Below, in pieces: positions 60,615 to 64,000 of a stretch of DNA of 64,000 nt. The notes beneath the pieces were generated by a model. The model was not told the DNA's origin. It made no database searches and saw only the letters and a list, made by a program, of their open reading frames with translations. The stretch comes from a bacterium. Lineage in GTDB: Bacteria; Electryoneota; Electryoneia; Electryoneales; Electryoneaceae. Within the stretch, counting starts at the first letter, position 1. Every line of letters starts with the position of its first letter. The DNA lies in NCBI GenBank assembly GCA_963669175.1, contig OY769902.1:4000001-4064000 (forward strand), in the 5' to 3' direction. Both the position numbers and the translations under genes were made by a program.

Positions 60615-60752
60615 AGCAACTCCTGCTCCAGTTTTACATATTGACCTATTTCGTTATTATTAATAATGTTACGAGCAGATCTCATATGCACCAAAACGTA
60701 CTCATGCACCGAATGGTGTAGAAAACTTTTCAAGAGCGCACCCATCGGTGCA
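60615..60752 (-). promoter_or_regulatory. Sigma54 promoter with upstream palindromic enhancer sites
   Basis: Minus strand CTGGAGCAGGAGTTGCT (GG-N10-GC, 60631-60615); AT-rich spacer; TGCACC-N4-GGTGTA (60705-20) and CGCACC-N4-GGTGCA (60737-52). Confidence 0.65.
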
Positions 60753-60806
60753 TCTTGCGAATCTATAGGGAGTAAAGAATTGGATATTTCGGAATAAAGG
60801 TTGGAG

Positions 60807-62204
60807 TTAGCTCAACTTGCGGAGACGGCTATCCAGTTCACGACGTGTCAAACAGAGGTATTCTGCAGTCTTGGTCTTATTGCCTTCATTCTTTTCCAAT
60901 GCGGCTTTCACCAGGCGTAATTCCAGTTGTTTCAGATCTAATCCATCATCGGGTAAAACCATGTTCTGTGAATCACTCATATAGTTCTCAACTACATGTG
61001 TATCAACGACTTCGCCTGTGAGCAGAGAACTGAGATGTTCTGGTAACAACACCTCTGTGTCATACAGGAAACTGATGCGCGCAATTACATTTTTCAGTTC
61101 ACGAATATTCCCTGGCCAACAATAACTTTCCAGCAGCTTCAACGCTTCAGGATGAATCGTTTTCATCCGTGTTTTTTCCGCCTGCTGCAACTCCATCAGG
61201 AACAGTTCAGCCAGCGCTTTTACCGTTGCAGGACGTTCTCGAAGTGATGAAAGAAAAATCTGGGCCATGTTCAGCCGGTAATAGAGGTCGCTTCTGAAAG
61301 CGCCTGCCTCAACCTGCTCGGCAAGGTTCCGGTTGGTAGCGGCAATCAATCGGAATTCACAGGGCACAGCTCTTGTTCCACCAATGCGAACGATTTCTCT
61401 TGTTTCAAGCGCTCGCAGCAATTTGGGCTGCAAACCTATAGGCATTTCACCAATCTCATCCAGGAGAAGCGTCCCCCCGGACGCCTGTTCCATTTTCCCT
61501 TTCCACCCCGTCTTGCTGGCGCCGGTGAAAGCGCCCGGTTCATAGCCGAACAACTCGCTTTCGAACAGACTCGGCGCAATTGCCGCGCAATTGACGGCAA
61601 CAAACGGTTCTTTTACGCCATCCTTTCCATGATGGATTAACCGTGCTACAACTTCTTTGCCTGTGCCGGTCGCCCCCTGGATTAACACGGGCATGGATTC
61701 ATTGCCATGCAACTTTAAAGCTAACTCCAGGACTTTTCTATCTTCTGGAGTAGCGACGACCATTTTTCCAAAATTCTTGATATCAATGAGCGTCACAGTT
61801 TTATCGGATAATTTCTGTTTATTCATTTGCCTGGTCTCTGTCGAGTTTTCCAGGTTGGCGATGATCTGGGCGACCTCTCGAATATTGATTGGTTTTCGTA
61901 AGTAATCATGCGCGCCATGCCGCATTGCCTCAACCGCTGTATTTACATCGGCAAAACCGGTAATCAGGATGACTTTCGTTTGGGCTGCATAGCTGCTGTT
62001 GGCAATTTTTTGCAGCAACTCGATCCCATCCATCACTGGCATGCGGATATCACTGATGACCACAGGGAAAGGTTCTGCTTTAAATTCTTCCCACGCCTCG
62101 GCGCCATTTTCGCACTGCTCCACCTGATGCGCCAACTGACCTTGTAAAAAATTGGCAATTGACCTGCGACTCAGCTCTTCATCATCAGCGATCAGAATCC
62201 TCAT
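60807..62204 (-). CDS. Sigma54-dependent response regulator (NtrC family: REC, AAA+, HTH)
   Basis: DIRMP, GATGTGKE, ESELFG, GAFTGA, LLLDEIGE, FRSDLYYRL, WPGNIREL. Confidence 0.95.
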   Translation of the reverse strand: MRILIADDEELSRRSIANFLQGQLAHQVEQCENGAEAWEEFKAEPFPVVISDIRMPVMDGIELLQKIANSSYAAQTKVILITGFADVNTAVEAMRHGAHDYLRKPINIREVAQIIANLENSTETRQMNKQKLSDKTVTLIDIKNFGKMVVATPEDRKVLELALKLHGNESMPVLIQGATGTGKEVVARLIHHGKDGVKEPFVAVNCAAIAPSLFESELFGYEPGAFTGASKTGWKGKMEQASGGTLLLDEIGEMPIGLQPKLLRALETREIVRIGGTRAVPCEFRLIAATNRNLAEQVEAGAFRSDLYYRLNMAQIFLSSLRERPATVKALAELFLMELQQAEKTRMKTIHPEALKLLESYCWPGNIRELKNVIARISFLYDTEVLLPEHLSSLLTGEVVDTHVVENYMSDSQNMVLPDDGLDLKQLELRLVKAALEKNEGNKTKTAEYLCLTRRELDSRLRKLS

Positions 62205-63619
62205 GTGGCCTTCACCTCTTTCACGGCAGATTGGGCTGGGAACCGAATAGTAAGAATGGCTCCCCCTTCAGGGTGGTTGGATGCATTGATCTGGGCATCA
62301 AACTGCTCCAGAAACATCTTCACAATAGTTAATCCCAGCCCCATCCCTTTGCTGTCAGGCTGATCTGTCTTGGGAAAGGGAGTAAACAGGTTATTCAGCA
62401 GGGTATCTTCTATTCCCACCCCGTTGTCACGAATAATCAGACTGGGATGGTTCTCTACAATACGAGTCTGTATCCAGATTGTTTTCAGGGACCGGTCACT
62501 TGTATCCAACGCATAAATCGCGTTGTTGACAAGGTTTATGATTATTTGTTCAACCTGAATACTCCTTGCCATCACTGGCGGAGTTTTTTCATAAAGACTG
62601 AGTTCAATCTGAATATTATGACTAGCCAGTTTCTGATCCAGAAGAAACCTTACCCTTCTGATTGTCTCGTTCAGGTCAACCTGTTCCAATCTTCCCCCGG
62701 AGGACGACTTCCAGTAATTACGCATGTATTGTACAATCTGGTCAATGCGGTCAACTCCTGAACTGATATCCTCCACTACCTGTTTAAAGTAATCAGGTAC
62801 GTTGTTACCGTTATTCTCATGCCAGAACTTCAGATTATCCGCATTGACCTTGATTGCATTCAACGGCTGGTTTATTTCATGGGTAATACTGCCCGCCATG
62901 ACCCCAAGAGTGGCCAGGCGCGCCGCACGTTCAGCCAGAGCCGCCGCATGTACACGCTGCCGTTCCGATTCAAACAGCTCTTTCAACTGCCTTTCTTTGG
63001 CCTGTTCAAGCTGAACACTGTAAAGCGCGTGGGAGATGTTGGATGCCAATGCGTCAAAAAGGGCGTATTCTTCATCCGAAATGAGGCTATGCGGGATGGA
63101 AACACTCAATAGACCATACAGGTAATTATTGTATTCCAACCGTATTGTCCTGGCGCTTCGGTCTTTATGCCTGCTCCCCAGGGGACAGTTCTTGCAGACA
63201 GAATCGGGCTTATTGATCGTAAAAGCTCGCTGCTTATAGATCGACATCTGAACACACAATGGGTATTCTTTTTTGTCAAGGCAGGAGATAAACTCCGGGA
63301 AAGCGTCCGGAAAACCAACCGAATGGGAATGCGAAATTTTACCACGCGAATCAAAGAGAACCATCCATGAAGTCACATAGCCTCGACGAACGACAAGTAG
63401 CTCGCAAATATCACGTACCAGCCGTTCCGGTTCTTTATTTCGTAAAATCAGTTCATTGATCCGGAATACTACGTTCAAAAGAAGATTCTGTTGCGCCAGT
63501 TTTTCTTCACTGGCACGTAATGATTGTATATCTTTCCTGTGTTCTTTCTCCAGCTCTTCCAATTCCTGGAGACGTATTTCAAGTTGTTTCAGATCAATCT
63601 TCTCTTCACCGTTCGCCAT
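62201..63619 (-). CDS. Cytoplasmic GAF-domain histidine kinase
   Basis: GSITHEINQPL, INLVNNA, DNGVG, GMGLGL; no TM segment. Confidence 0.9.
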   Translation of the reverse strand: MANGEEKIDLKQLEIRLQELEELEKEHRKDIQSLRASEEKLAQQNLLLNVVFRINELILRNKEPERLVRDICELLVVRRGYVTSWMVLFDSRGKISHSHSVGFPDAFPEFISCLDKKEYPLCVQMSIYKQRAFTINKPDSVCKNCPLGSRHKDRSARTIRLEYNNYLYGLLSVSIPHSLISDEEYALFDALASNISHALYSVQLEQAKERQLKELFESERQRVHAAALAERAARLATLGVMAGSITHEINQPLNAIKVNADNLKFWHENNGNNVPDYFKQVVEDISSGVDRIDQIVQYMRNYWKSSSGGRLEQVDLNETIRRVRFLLDQKLASHNIQIELSLYEKTPPVMARSIQVEQIIINLVNNAIYALDTSDRSLKTIWIQTRIVENHPSLIIRDNGVGIEDTLLNNLFTPFPKTDQPDSKGMGLGLTIVKMFLEQFDAQINASNHPEGGAILTIRFPAQSAVKEVKAT

Positions 63620-63751
63620 ATAAAACAACCTTTAGTAAGCATATCCCTCACGCCATGCCTGTTCAGTAAAGGTAAAAAAAACGTGAACAGGGTAACTACC
63701 CCGCTCACGTTAAAAAAACAAATAAGCAAGACTTCTCGGACAATGCAGGTG

Positions 63752-64000
63752 TTAGCTGATACGCTTCAACCTGTTGTTCAGTGTATTCCAGGACAAACCA
63801 AGGAATTGTGCTGCCTTATTGCGGTTTCCCTCGAACTTGTCTACTGCCTTGATGATAACCTCTTCCATCACTTCCTGCAGATCAAAATCAGCTTCCGGTA
63901 AAACTACCTGTCCCGGTCGCAGCAAACCGATCTCGTTGCGAGGGACATCAACCTGCATGGATTGATTCAGAAATCCCAGGTGCTGCGGTTGAACTGTATC
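63752..64000 (-). CDS. C-terminus of a second sigma54-type activator (Fis-type HTH), 5' end outside window
   Basis: VVLPEADFDL...KAVDKFEGNRNKAAQFLGLSWNTL..RL aligns with the C-terminus of 60807-62204. Confidence 0.8.
   Translation of the reverse strand, partial: DTVQPQHLGFLNQSMQVDVPRNEIGLLRPGQVVLPEADFDLQEVMEEVIIKAVDKFEGNRNKAAQFLGLSWNTLNNRLKRIS

Overview
Moderate-GC bacterial chromosome segment with AT-rich patches. Seven large secreted proteins end in a YPNPFN-type T9SS-like C-terminal domain (CTD), which suggests an FCB-group or related uncultured lineage (inference). The left half is mostly housekeeping: two phosphate acyltransferases, an M36/M4-type metalloprotease, two HDOD paralogs, a complete IS630 inserted in the mgtE stop codon, rsmA, rho, a DUF2975/XRE pair, a KefC-type antiporter, a beta-CASP nuclease, lipoproteins, a DnaJ-class chaperone and htpG. 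From 29 to 57.5 kb lies a minus-strand island of CTD-bearing proteins, interrupted by a TonB receptor/YfiR/hybrid kinase module. It holds three paralogs built from near-identical constant blocks alternating with divergent, partly AT-rich beta-helix segments, their partner gene (one intact, one truncated copy), a C25 gingipain-like protein and an M14 carboxypeptidase. The right end is a sigma54/two-component/chemoreceptor cluster. The most interesting signals are: (1) a recurrent DELD/YELD motif at propeptide and domain junctions of the secreted proteins, next to a clan CD protease whose catalytic His position holds Arg, a candidate Asp-specific maturation system; (2) the constant/variable architecture of the secreted paralogs; (3) a ~590 bp element at 15.0-15.6 kb with nested and crossing long-range helices; (4) a dispersed GTRG-CCC...GGG hairpin family with covariation, two copies of which are read in frame inside a 191-aa protein leader. 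All family calls come from motif recognition by eye; no database search was run.
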